Origin: Lingula anatina
Lineage: Eukaryota; Animalia; Brachiopoda
Assembly: GCA_051362555.1 (NCBI GenBank)
Contig: CM120647.1
Location: forward strand, 16,654,651-16,718,650
Direction: 5' to 3'
DNA: 64,000 bases
Shown: one piece after another, positions 36,901-49,300 of the stretch
How positions within the stretch are numbered: position 1 is the stretch's first letter
How the letters are laid out: each line of letters starts with the position of its first letter
Translations under genes and position numbers: made by a program
Notes under the pieces: generated by a model
The model's database searches: none
What the model saw: the letters and a program-made list of their open reading frames with translations, nothing else
Told to the model about the DNA's origin: nothing

Positions 36901-39900
36901 TTTAATGAGACTCCCCAGGGAGTTGGACCGATCCAGATGGATTAATCTAGGCATGGGAACCCAGTCAGAGACATCTCATGGATCAAATTGTTCTTCAATT
37001 TCTTCTCATCTGACTTGGCTGATTTCACTATTCAAGTGGTACCCTATGGTGATGCAACTGTACCAGTACATTCTGGGAAATTGGGACCTAATAGCTTGAC
37101 TATTACATAAGAGAGTCATCTTAACAAATCCCTTCACTTGACATGGCCAATTCATCAACTTCAGCAAGTAGCGAAATTTGTACAGCTATATCACTAAAGT
37201 ATAACACTTGATGTGACAATAACCAATGAGTCATTTGTTGAAGGATGATTTAATAACCCATTTATTTATAATGATTCTGTACAGTCATGGTATTTGAAAA
37301 AATAAAGATTAAAGATTAACTCATCTCTGTGCTGGTATTGTAACAAAATGATATAATTTGCCAATATGTGGTATATTTCTCTTTGAATGTTTGCAGAATG
37401 TTTCAGTTAGCATATGGTAACTGCTGAATATATTTGAATAAAATGAATTAGTAACCTCCATCCTCTCCAAGTGAAAAAACAAATATGCTTTGCTAGTAAA
37501 ACTTAAGATTTTGATAAAAAAAAGTTTTGAAGAGTGAGTTGGCTTTGTGCAAGAAAATACATCATTGTGAATGTCTGAAAATGATATATCTTTAAAAAAA
37601 AATGTATTTGAAATTTTCTATTAATTTGAATACAGCTGTGTGAAAAAAAAGGCACATTGTATCATTTTGTTATTCTTGCATTTTTTTTTCGCAATCAGCG
37701 TAGTTTTACATTAGAAAAACTGTCTGTATTATTACCTTATTACGCCACCAAGCCAATGTCTGCATTGCACTGGATACACTCAAGTGACAGGAGACATTCA
37801 ATGACATTACATTCAAGCAACAATGACAGTATGTCATTACTGTGACAGTTAAGTCTGTTTTAATGTGACAGATCATTGTGGCCTTTCTGCAAGCTGTTGC
37901 TGTATAATATCATATCATATAATACTAGTAGTTGTTTTAGTTAGTAATGTGTGGTACTCATAAAGTAACCTTGCACTTTTGTGACAAAATTTGAAGATCA
38001 TACCATCCTGCTTGTCAGCATGTGTGAGGCATTCTTAGACCATTAGAGTGAACTTGCTACATAAAAGGAGATTGATACTCATCACCAGGGGTGTACATGG
38101 GTCCTTCAGGATTTTAGTGTGCCTTATGGGGGGTGGGGCTGCCACTTTGGGAGGATGATTTTTTCCTTTCACATAGAGATTATTTTCATTAAAGGTTACC
38201 TTCTTATTGTATTAAGGTTTATTATTGAGCAAAACGATAAAAATTGCCATATCTCTGGCCATAATTTAAAGGTAGTTTTAGCAGTTTCACTCATTTCCAG
38301 CCATTGCCAGATACAGACTTACAGGTTCCAAAGAACTGCCCTATTGGCCTGTAAAAGTCCAGCTGCATCTAAGTTTGACACCAGCTTCTTTGCATTTTTC
38401 AAGTTGGGGTCAATTTGCGGGGAGGGGTAAAATGAATCACCCTAAACTCCCCCCTCCCAACCCTATTTGAAATTGCTTTCAACATGCCTGAGATATGACA
38501 GTATAGTAATTACATTAATTGCACCATTATGCCTCTGTAGCTTTAATCATCACAAAGCAGTGCTCTGGCTTGACTACAAATATTATCATCACACATCGCT
38601 GCTTCTTTTTTATGTACAGACACAGATGTGTCTGTACATATAGCCATCATCTGCGTCTGTCGTCGCCGTCGCCGTCGTCGCTGTCGCCGTCGTCGCCGTC
38701 GCCGTGCACTTTTACCGATAACACGATAAGTGGAAAACCATTTTGCCTTTTGATTTGAAACTTGCAGAACTGATGAATATTCATAATACGCAGGTCAAGT
38801 TCGAAAATCAGCATGATCGGGTCACTCTTAGGGAATTTATGCTGTTTTTTCACTTTTTTCAACATATATGCAGCACCGATAACACGATAAGTAGAAAACC
38901 ATTGTACCTTATGACTTGAAACTTACAGAACTGATGAATATTCATAATATGCAGGTCAAGTTCGAAAATCGGCATGATTGGGCCATTTTTAGGGAATTTA
39001 TGCTGTTTTTTCACTTTTTCAGCATATATGCAGCACCGATAACACAGTAAGTGGAAAACCATTTTACCTTTTGGCTTGAAACTTACAGAACTGATGAAAA
39101 TTCTTAATGCGCAGGTCAAGTTCGAAAATCAGCATGATTGGGCCATTTTTAGGGAATTTATGCTGTTTTTTCACTTTTCAATATAAATGCAACACTGATA
39201 ACACAATATAAGAAAAACGGAATGGCCAATTGGCATTATATTCACAGGAGTGGTCAATCTTACTAAAACGCAGGTTGAGTTTGAAAATCAGCATAATTGG
39301 GCCATTATTTTAGAAGTTATACTGTTTTTTCACATTTCCTCAGATTCAATTATTAGGCATGTTAACAGTCTCATTATTGAACTAATTAGATGCGTAAAAG
39401 TGTTTGTTTGATATTTCCTGCATCTTTACAACATTGTTAGTTGATTATGTAAAAAAACATGGTAAACTTGTTATCATGTATTGTGTAATAAAGTGTCAAA
39501 AATGGAAATAAACTCATATCATTGCAGTTTGTCAGATTCAATCATCCACTATGTTCAGAATCTCAGAATGGAGGAAATTGGACATTTAACACTGTTCTAT
39601 TGATACTTTTCCCATCTCATCAATTTTCTTAGTTGGTCATATAAAAATGGCAGTAAAATGTTTATTTTGTTTTATGTTAAAAAAGTGTTAAAAATGGAAA
39701 TAAACCCATTTCAGGACAGTGCTGTCTTGTTTATTTTGGCATTTTCAAGATGTGACTTTGAAGTTCCATGGGCCTGAAGACCTTTGCTTGTCATGTTTTC
39801 TGAATGTCCATGTTACTAATATTTTATTAATAACATCTGATGGTTATTATGCTGTTAAACATTATGTAACGTTGCATCAAAATTTGAAGAAACCCCTATT

Positions 39901-40280
39901 TAGGGCACTGCTCCTATGATGACCATTTAAGGGAAAACATGTCACTTGCTGTTCTCAAACTTACAAGAAAGAAACATGGGTCTAACATACAGCCTCAGTA
40001 GGCAATGCAGTCTGTTTGGTAAATTTCTCTGGCAGTTTTTTGTGAAAATTTAATTTTTCACTTATTGGCAATTTCAAGGTGCAACTTAGAACCTCCACAG
40101 GCTTGAAGACCCATACTAGTCACATTTTCTGAAAATCCATGACATGTATATTTTATTATTAAAAATTGATGGTCATTTTGCTGTTAAGCATTATGTAATG
40201 TTGCATCAAAATAGAAGAAAACACAATTTTTGGTGCTGCTGCCATGATGACCATTATGGGAAAACCGTGTTACTTATGAT

Positions 40281-40323
<43 letters not shown>

Positions 40324-43300
40324 AACTCAAAGATTAAAAGTTTGAATAGCAGCTTCTTTGGAATTATATTTACCTCTGCCAAGGAGGTTATATTTTCACC
40401 CCTGTTTGTCTGTCATCAACATAACTCAAAAAGTTATGTACCGATTTTGCTGAAATTTTCAGGAACTGTCAGAAGTGGGCCAAAGAGGACAATAATAATA
40501 ATCAACAATTGCTGCCTTGTAGCTTTAAACCTACAGAACTGATAAATATTCATAATATGCAGGTCAAGTTCGAAAAATCAGCATGATCTGGCCATTTTTT
40601 AAAAAATTACTTGTTTTTTCACTTTTTCAGCATATATGCAGCACCAATAACACAATAAGTGGAAAACCATTTTACCCTTTGGCTTGAAACTTACAGAACT
40701 GATGAAAATTCTTAATACGCAGGTCAAGTTCGAAAATCAGCATGATCGGGTCATTTTTAGGGAATTTATGCTGTTTTTTCACTTTTTTCTACATATATGC
40801 AGCACCGATAACACAATAAGTGGAAAACCATTTTACCTTTTGGCTTGAAACTTACAGAACTGATGAATATTCATAATACACAGGTCAAGTTCGAAAATCA
40901 GCATGATTGGGTCATTTTTAGGGAATTTATGCTGTTTTTTCACTTTTTTCAGCATATATGCAGCACCGATAACATGATAAGTGGAAAACCATTTTACCTT
41001 TTGGCTTGAAACTTACAGAACTGATGAATATTCATAATATGCAGGTCAAGTTTGAAAATCAGCTTGATCGGGCCATTTTTATGGAAGTTATGCTATTTTT
41101 TCATTTTTTTTAGCATATATGCAACACTGATACACGATAAGTGAAAAACTGTTTTACCTTTTGGCTTGAAACTTACAGAACTGATGAATATTCATATTAC
41201 ATAGGCAAAGTTTGAAAATCAGCGTGATCGGACCAATTTTATGGAAGTTATGCTGTTTTTTTCACTTTTTTCAGCATGTATGCAATACCGCTAACGCATT
41301 TTAAGAAAAATCAATTGGCCAATTGTCTTGAAATTTACAGGGGAGATCAGTCTTACTGAAATACAGATGGAGTTTGAAAATGGTTCAGTTTTGGTGAAGT
41401 TATGCCTTTTTTTGTATATAAGTGGGTTTTTTTTCCTTTGATTTAATTCTTAGGCATGTTAACAATCTTCTCTGTGAACTAATTAAATATGTAAAGGTGT
41501 TCTTTTGACATTTTCTGCATCTTAACAATATTGTTAGTTGATTATATAAAAAAGATGGTTAATCTGTTATTGTGTATTATGTAACAAAAAGTCAAAAATG
41601 GAAATAATAATAAACTCATATTTTTACAGTTTGTCAGATTCAATCATTCACCATGTTCAGAATCTCAGAATGGAGCAAAATGGACATTTAAAATTGTTCT
41701 ATTGATATTTTTCCTATGTCAGCAATTTTCTTAGTTGTTCATTTAAAAATGACAGTAAATTGATTATTTTGTTATATGAAAAAAAGATGTTGAAAATGGA
41801 AAGAAAATCAATTCAATACAGTTATCTTTTGTTTACATTTTAGCATTTTGAAAGTGTGACTCTGAACTTCCATGGCCTTGAAGACATTTCCATGTCACAT
41901 TTTCTGTAAATCCATGATACTTTTATTTTATTATTAAAAATTGATGGTCATTATGTTATATTGCATAAAAGTTGAAGAAAACCCTAATTTTGGAAATGGC
42001 TGCCGGAATGACCATTAAGGAAAAACCATGTTACTTATGATACTCAAACTTACTGAGAAGTTTCGTAAGACTGATGTGCAGTTTGTGTTGGAAAATCAGT
42101 GTGATTGTTTTCTGTTTTGGAAGCAATGTAGCTCTATAGAGTGCTATATGGGGCTACTGCTTATGGATGGTGGTAATTGCCCCTTGGGGTAGTCACAAGC
42201 TAAATTCAGAGCTATAAAATCATTTGCCTAATTGATTTCCAAGTGCCCATTAAATAAGATTACATAAAACACACGCTGAGACTTCCCAGTAAAGTCCCAT
42301 AGGTTAAGCTCTCTTAACTGTGTCACATAATTAGGAATCTATGATAATTATGCAGGTAAATGTTGTTTAATATTGCAAATAAGTTAACAAAACAAAACAA
42401 AAAAATAGATGAATAACAGTGTCTTATTATCCTCAAACACATTGGGGTTATTCATATCATGTTATTACAGCAAGATTAAAAGTTTGAATAGCAGCTTTAA
42501 TGGGATATTTTTGTGTTTGCTTTTTAATTTTTTTTTTTTTCAAACACTGGCATTTTCAGCTCCCATCCACCTGAAGCTCTTCACATTTTCTGTATTTCCA
42601 CATAAGCAGTTGCATTGGTTTTTATGTCTTTAAACATTATGTAATATTATTTTATGCACTGTCATCATTATTTAGATATTGGGATTTTCATTATGTGAAT
42701 TTGGTCCTGAAACTGTAATCTTATTGCAGGGGTGGATTGAGGCCATCTTCTGGGTCTTTCAGATTTTAAAGTTCACATTGATGGGTATCTCTTTTTTCTG
42801 TTGGAAGACCATCAAAAATGTAGGATGGATCAACAAAGATAATTTGGAATACTGTCAGAAAATATCTCTGGATCAGCTCCTGTTATTGACGATGTCACCT
42901 GTTGTGCATGATTAAATTTCAGTGTTGATTGACAGTGCTATTGTAGGCATCAAAATTGACAAAATGAACCATTTTCTGCATTTTTATTTTGTGTTTTTGT
43001 CTGTACATTAGACAGCTTTGCTGCCTTGTTTTTTTTTTTCAGCCTTCTTATATTGAGTTCTGAATAGTGGTAAAATGTTTTTTTTTTTTTTTTTAATCTG
43101 GACCGCACTAGTCTGTACTAATATTCTGCTCTACACTATTATTAGACTGACAAGAAATTTTTTCAATGTTTTTACAATTCGGAACTCAAGAGTTACTTGT
43201 CATGATTTAGTGAATGTTTGCACTTTATGATATAGTGAGTGTTTGCATGTTAATGTTTCGCCATTATTACAGATCACTCAGTGGACGTTCCATCATCAAC

Positions 43301-46300
43301 ACACAAACCCAAAGGTGACATTAACACACCTTTTTTTAATTTTTCTTTTATTAATTTGAATTAATAATACTTAATGAATTGCATGACACAGTTTTTCTTA
43401 TTTCTGGAGTGTTTTCACTTTGAAAGTCTGCAGCATGTGCAGTGTTTATTTATTTTTTGATTTGGTTTTTCGGTTGGTTTTGATTGAGGGGCATGAACTC
43501 ATTAAGCATGTTTTTTTTTTTTTTTTTTTTTTTTCATTATTATTGTGGATTGCTGAGTTAATAAAGTAAATACAGTTCTGTTCCCAGTTGAGTTAGGTCA
43601 GCCTAACTCTGATCAACCCGTCTGAGCAGGGTTAGGATTATGATTATGATTAACTCACCCTAGGAAATCTATCTAACAACTTGTGAATAATATCTGAGGG
43701 GTGGGACAGAAAAAGGCTTAGACTGGGTTCCCACAGATTTAGATTGATCCATCTGGATCGACCTAACTCCCTGGGGATTCACGCTAAATTGCTGTCAGCT
43801 TCCAGAGACGAGCGTGCACAAAAGTTACAGCTTTTAGTAAGCGGGACAGACATTTAAGCTGGTTAGCTGACAGCAATCTAGTGAGACTCACCAGGGGGAT
43901 AGATCGATCTAAATATCTGTGGGAATGGTCTCTTAGATTGTAAACTTGTGGTTAAGAAAATTTTCCAATGGCAATATTACCACAATTGTTTGTGGGGCAG
44001 AGGAGGGATTAGAACTGATACCCGTGGTTAGAAATCATAATCTTAATCACCTGATCTGCTCAGATTGCAAATACTAGATTTGGTGAATAATGTTTGACAC
44101 AAAGAACCCCTGCATATAATAGTGTACAATAACTCTTCTAAACCCTTGTATTGGTTAATTCATCCAAGCATTAACTCAAGAACAGGTGCCATAGAAGGCA
44201 TTAAATTGGGAAATAGAGTAAGTTGATGGATGGGGATAGTTAAGTATATATTGTAGACTTCATTTTACCTTTTGGTTCGTATACTGTATATTTAGTGTGG
44301 TCTTAAATTGGCACACATAGACATATAGATAAATATGGGAAATTATTGGTAATATTGGAATTATATTGAAATGTAGGAAGAGTCAGAAAGATATTTTTAT
44401 GACGTGTCAGCCTATTTTAAATATTTTTTCATTTCTAGACGCTATTTGTGTGAAACTCTTTTTGTCATGGATATGCTTTGGAGATTACTTCTAATTTTGT
44501 TCAGTCACTGGATTATTATACATTGTATATAATTGCTCCCTGATACAGATCCACAACGTAGGTGTCACTCTTTTCAAGACGAGCCTAATTGTACAATTTT
44601 GTTCATTTATGTATTGAATCTCTTCTCACAGTGCTCCCCCTTGTGGTGTCGGCTGGAACTAACAAGGACATTCAGCTGCCAGAGAATTCTGTGACCCTTA
44701 CAGCATTTGCCTTGCCTAAAGCCACCAAAGGTAAGTACAAATAATGCTATATTGAACAATAGGGGCACATTGTTCTATTGTGGTTGGAACAGGGATGCTG
44801 TAGTTCAGCAAAATTTGGATATAAATAATATAAAAATCGGTGACTAGTGGTACCAATGCTAACTCACTTAAATCCACTTGATGCCTTTTCTCTTTGTGCC
44901 CATTTATAACTGTACTGCCTTTAGAAGATTTAGTATTATTATTTACTCGTCATGCTTTACAGATTGACAATAACATTTTTAGTATTTCCAGTTTTTTAAT
45001 TTCCTTCCAAGTATGTTAATATGTTATGAGAGTAATAGGCATTATTTCTGAGAGTACAATTGAAATGTTGAAGGAATACATTTTTGTATCTTTCATTGTG
45101 GTAGATGTGACATACCACACAGCTCATCTCATCTCAAACAATTGCTGTTATAAAACACAAAAAAATATTTTGATTGGTGTGAACCAGCAATGTTGATTTA
45201 GCATTCTAAAAATTTAGTTGGTTTCTTGTCAGTTACTACTTTTTAGTGTCTAAAATGATAAATCATGAGAAAAATAGTGAACTGTTTGAAGAATTGTATT
45301 AATTACCATACCTTCCAGGAGAGAAGTATAAATATGAGTGGTCCATGGAGTCAGGACCCAGGGGGTCAGAGTCAGGGAAGATGGTGGGAAAGAACACGCC
45401 TACTCTTCAGCTCACGGAGGTAGGAAAAATACAAGTGATGACTTGCAAAATTGTTCTTTTACAAAAATGCTTTTGTGTAAATCATATGTGCAAAGTATAC
45501 TTTTCAATTTGATGTGGAAGTACAAGTACTCACTAGCATATAACATTTTCAAATTGTTTTTCATAAATTTTATTGCAAATCTTACACTTATAGTCAATTC
45601 ATTAAAATTTTGTACAACTTATGTACACTGTACTATTGGTGTTAAAGGATTTGTGAAGGTTGTCTTCATAATATTAGTGTTTCTTCTTGTCTTTACTAGC
45701 TGATAGCTGGCCTGTACGAATTCAAAGTAACCGTGACAGGAGAGGCAAAATATGGAGAAGGTCACGTCAATGTCACCGTGCTTCCACGTAAGGTTTTGAT
45801 TTGTCAGACATTAAGAAATGTCTCAAATGATTTCATGAAGCAAGAGTCATGTTAGTCTGTAAAATTTAGTTGTTCAAAATACTAAAAAGTTTGCCGAATT
45901 GACTTAGTTACTTAATGAAAATGTAAGTTTGTTCACAAAGGGATGAATAAAGTTAAAATTTCCAATTTTGCTATAGATGTTTGGTTATTTGGTTTTAAGA
46001 TAGTTTGACATCTTTGAGTGAGGGGAGCCAAGTTCTATGCCTTTGTAACAGTTACTCTGAACAGTTTACTTGACAGTTGTTGGATCCTTCAGATCAGGAA
46101 GTACTTGATCAGAAAAAAAAGGAAAGAAATTTTAACAAGGGATTATTTTTCATTCCAGCCAAGCGTAAGAATACGCCCCCAGTTGCTGTGATTAAACCAG
46201 CCAGTCAACGCATTGAGCTACCCAACAGTGCCATACTGGACGGCTCAGGTAAGTCGGAGATCTTACCTTGGTATAAACCTTTAGAGAGATCTTAGAGATA

Positions 46301-49300
46301 TCTTAGGCCTTATTCAGTGAAAAAGTTTAGTCTATCACTTGCAGTTTGTCTAAACTTTAAGACCAAAATGAGCCTGCTTTCATCCAAGATGAACTGCAGT
46401 ATTCCAATCAAATGATATATTGTGTCACTTTTAAAAACATGCCAAGAACAATTTGTATTGAAAAGGTAATAGTAGTAGCAGAAGTAGTATTAGTAGTTAT
46501 TAAGTAATAATTTACATTAAATTAAAATTGATTGATATTAAATAAGTCATGAAGAAATGAAATGCTTTGTGCTTTTCAGTTTTTTATCCCTATGAATGAA
46601 TTACCATATTGTAAATGATAAGTCAGAGATGCTATTCTTTTAGACTTAGTAAGATGAATCCTTCATTGACCATTAAAATTTCTTCTATTTTCCATTCCAG
46701 GTAGTAAAGATGATGACAAAATAGTCAGTTATTATTGGGAAGAGGTTAGTGGTCCACTGGAGTCCTCAGATTTCAAAGACAGCGACAAACCTCTCCTCTC
46801 CCTGAAGAATTTGTCACCTGGAGAATACAAGTTTAAGTGAGTAGAGCCTATCATATTGATATGTATAGAATAGATCATATACTGTGCTTGATTAGGTTAG
46901 GGGAATTCTGAATTGAATGTGTATAGATGAAATAAATTTATAAATGACAATTTTAATTATGATTTTAATTATTTGAAGATAAATAGATTTGATGATTGAG
47001 CAGAATTTTTGAAAACACTCCAGTTGCAGATGCTCAGCAGAATTCATGTCATTTACAACCATAAAAAATCTGATCAGCTTCACCTAATGTGGACATTTTT
47101 TTCAGACTATATTGACAGCATTGGTCTGTGGCAAATACCAGTAAAATTTAAATTAAATTTAAAAAATTTAAAGTAAAATTGAAGGCAGTCTTGTAAAATT
47201 TCTCAATTTCTTTGGTTATTGACCTTTGCTTTTGCTTTTAAATTAGACTGTTTTGCTCCTAGACCTTCTGGCCTATAGACATTGAGGCTAAAATATTTTT
47301 GGCACAAGCTGTTGTTCAGTGTAATTTCTCTAATTTCAGACTAACTGTGACAGATTCTGATGGTGTGACAGACTCTACCTATGCAAATGTTACAGTCATA
47401 AAAGGTGGATAATGAGATTGGTTCAGCTCTTATATCAGAATAAATATAACTCTCTGATATCCCCCCTCCACCCCCCCCCACCCCCACTTACAGAAACTGA
47501 CTATGAACCCTAAGTCAAGACACACATAGTTACATAAAGTAACCTGTTGTATACCCTGATAATAATGTTGTCTGAATATCAGTCTCTGTGTAAACATTTT
47601 ATTAAAGTTGTTACTGTAGTTTAAGTGCCAAAGTTACAGAATATATTGTTAGCTCATTGCCATTGTGAAAATGAACTTGTAGCAGAATAATAGATACATG
47701 AATAATTTTTCTATCTCGTCTATCTATGTATCAGAAACTGACTACCGTCCCCAAGCCAACGCTGGTTCCACCCAAGTGATCAGCCTTCCCAAGAACTCCA
47801 TTACGCTGTATGGGAACGCCAGCTCTGATGACAAGGGGATTGCAAGCTACGAGTGGATAAAAGCCGATGATAAGTTAACTGCTGACATGCAGGTAGGAAA
47901 AATAAACATTTCTTCACTCATTGTCATAAAACTGTACCAGATGTGGTGGGGCTTCTATATTTCTGGTTATTTTTTTCACCATCCATTATTTAGTTGAAAA
48001 TATATAAACAGCGAATTTCACATAATCAATATTTAAATTGATGTTATCTAAAATATTTCCATTACACTAAAGCATAATACTAATAGTAACGATGGCTTTT
48101 TATACAAAAATTACAACCAAAAGGTTAATAGTATAAATACAGTGGAATCTGAAAGACATGAGAAGCAATAAAAATGATCATATAATGATATATTATTTTA
48201 GATGGTTGAGGAGGGTTTATTTCATTGATACTTAACATTTAAGTTCACATAAAGGTAATGAAGGAGATGTTCTTTGTTTTCCAGGGTGTCCGCACACCAT
48301 TCCTACATCTGTCCAATCTACAGGAGGGGGATTACACCTTCACGCTAAAAGTCACGGACACATCTGGACAGACAGACACGGCGGACGTCCACGTGTTTGT
48401 GAAACCAGGTAAAGTGCAAAGATAATATTGTGTGCTTGCATGCATGAACACATACACACCCAAGCTTAATGTTGACCTATCACTGGATGTTTTTAGTGAT
48501 ATTGTACTGAGATAGTGAGAAAATTAAGTGTTATACAGCTTCTGGATCCTACTTTGAAACGAGATTACAACATTTTGACCTTCTGGCAAAGTTTTCTCCA
48601 GGTCAACTGATTTTGAATTGTGTCCGGTGTCTCGTGGTCGTGTTCTGCTAGGGATGTCTCCGAGGGCCCGATCCTACAGATGTGGTACTTCGTGTCTCAG
48701 ATCACTGTGTTCTAACTTTCAAACGCTAACACTCCAATTGTCCAAAGGTTATAGCATGCGTCTGCACAGTGCATTGTAATACATTGTAACTGACACTTGA
48801 AGGAGAAACTTGCGTGGTAACAGGATTTGTTTACACACTGCATGCTGGGTAAAAAGGGCAATCTTCCAGGTTTTTTCCAGTATTAGAACTGATTTTCTCA
48901 TTATCTCAGTTCAAAGAAAAAAATTTTCACATTTTGAATATTTTCTTGTCCAGAACACAACCAGGCGCCAGAGGCCAATGCTGGGGAGGACCAGACCGTC
49001 ATGATCCCTGAAAACCAGTCTACAACTCTAGATGGCAGGAAGAGCACCGACGACAAGAAAATTACTTCCTACCAGTGGAAGCAGATAAAGTAAATCTGAT
49101 CAATTCTTTTTCTTTGTGTTTTTATTTTTAATTCATTTATTTGTTTAAAATTGAATGCCTTTTTTGTCTGTTGAATACTTATATGTTATTTTCATCCATA
49201 ACAAACTAACACTGAACTATCATACACATACTGCACAGTGTGAATATCAATTCCAAAATGGCTAAATACCAATGATTTTTCTTTCAAATAGTTAAACAAA

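Larger units (their letters stand above)
38606..43030 (+). mobile_element. 4.4-kb composite Helentron/HINE-type element with 160-bp satellite arrays, in a KIAA0319L intron
   Basis: 5' T-run plus a perfect 14-bp stem TATGTACAGACACA-GA-TGTGTCTGTACATA (38611-38640), then a (GTCGCC)n microsatellite and 160-bp monomers (38718, 38878, 39038; 40648, 40808, 40968, 41129). The 3' end has sub-TIR TGTCTGTACAT (42998-43008), hairpin AGACAGC-TTT-GCTGCCT and a T-run. Confidence 0.8.

Noticed and set aside
43935-44060. tRNA-like sequence on the minus strand
   Set aside because: Only a degenerate B-box-like stretch with no cloverleaf; at best an old SINE head.
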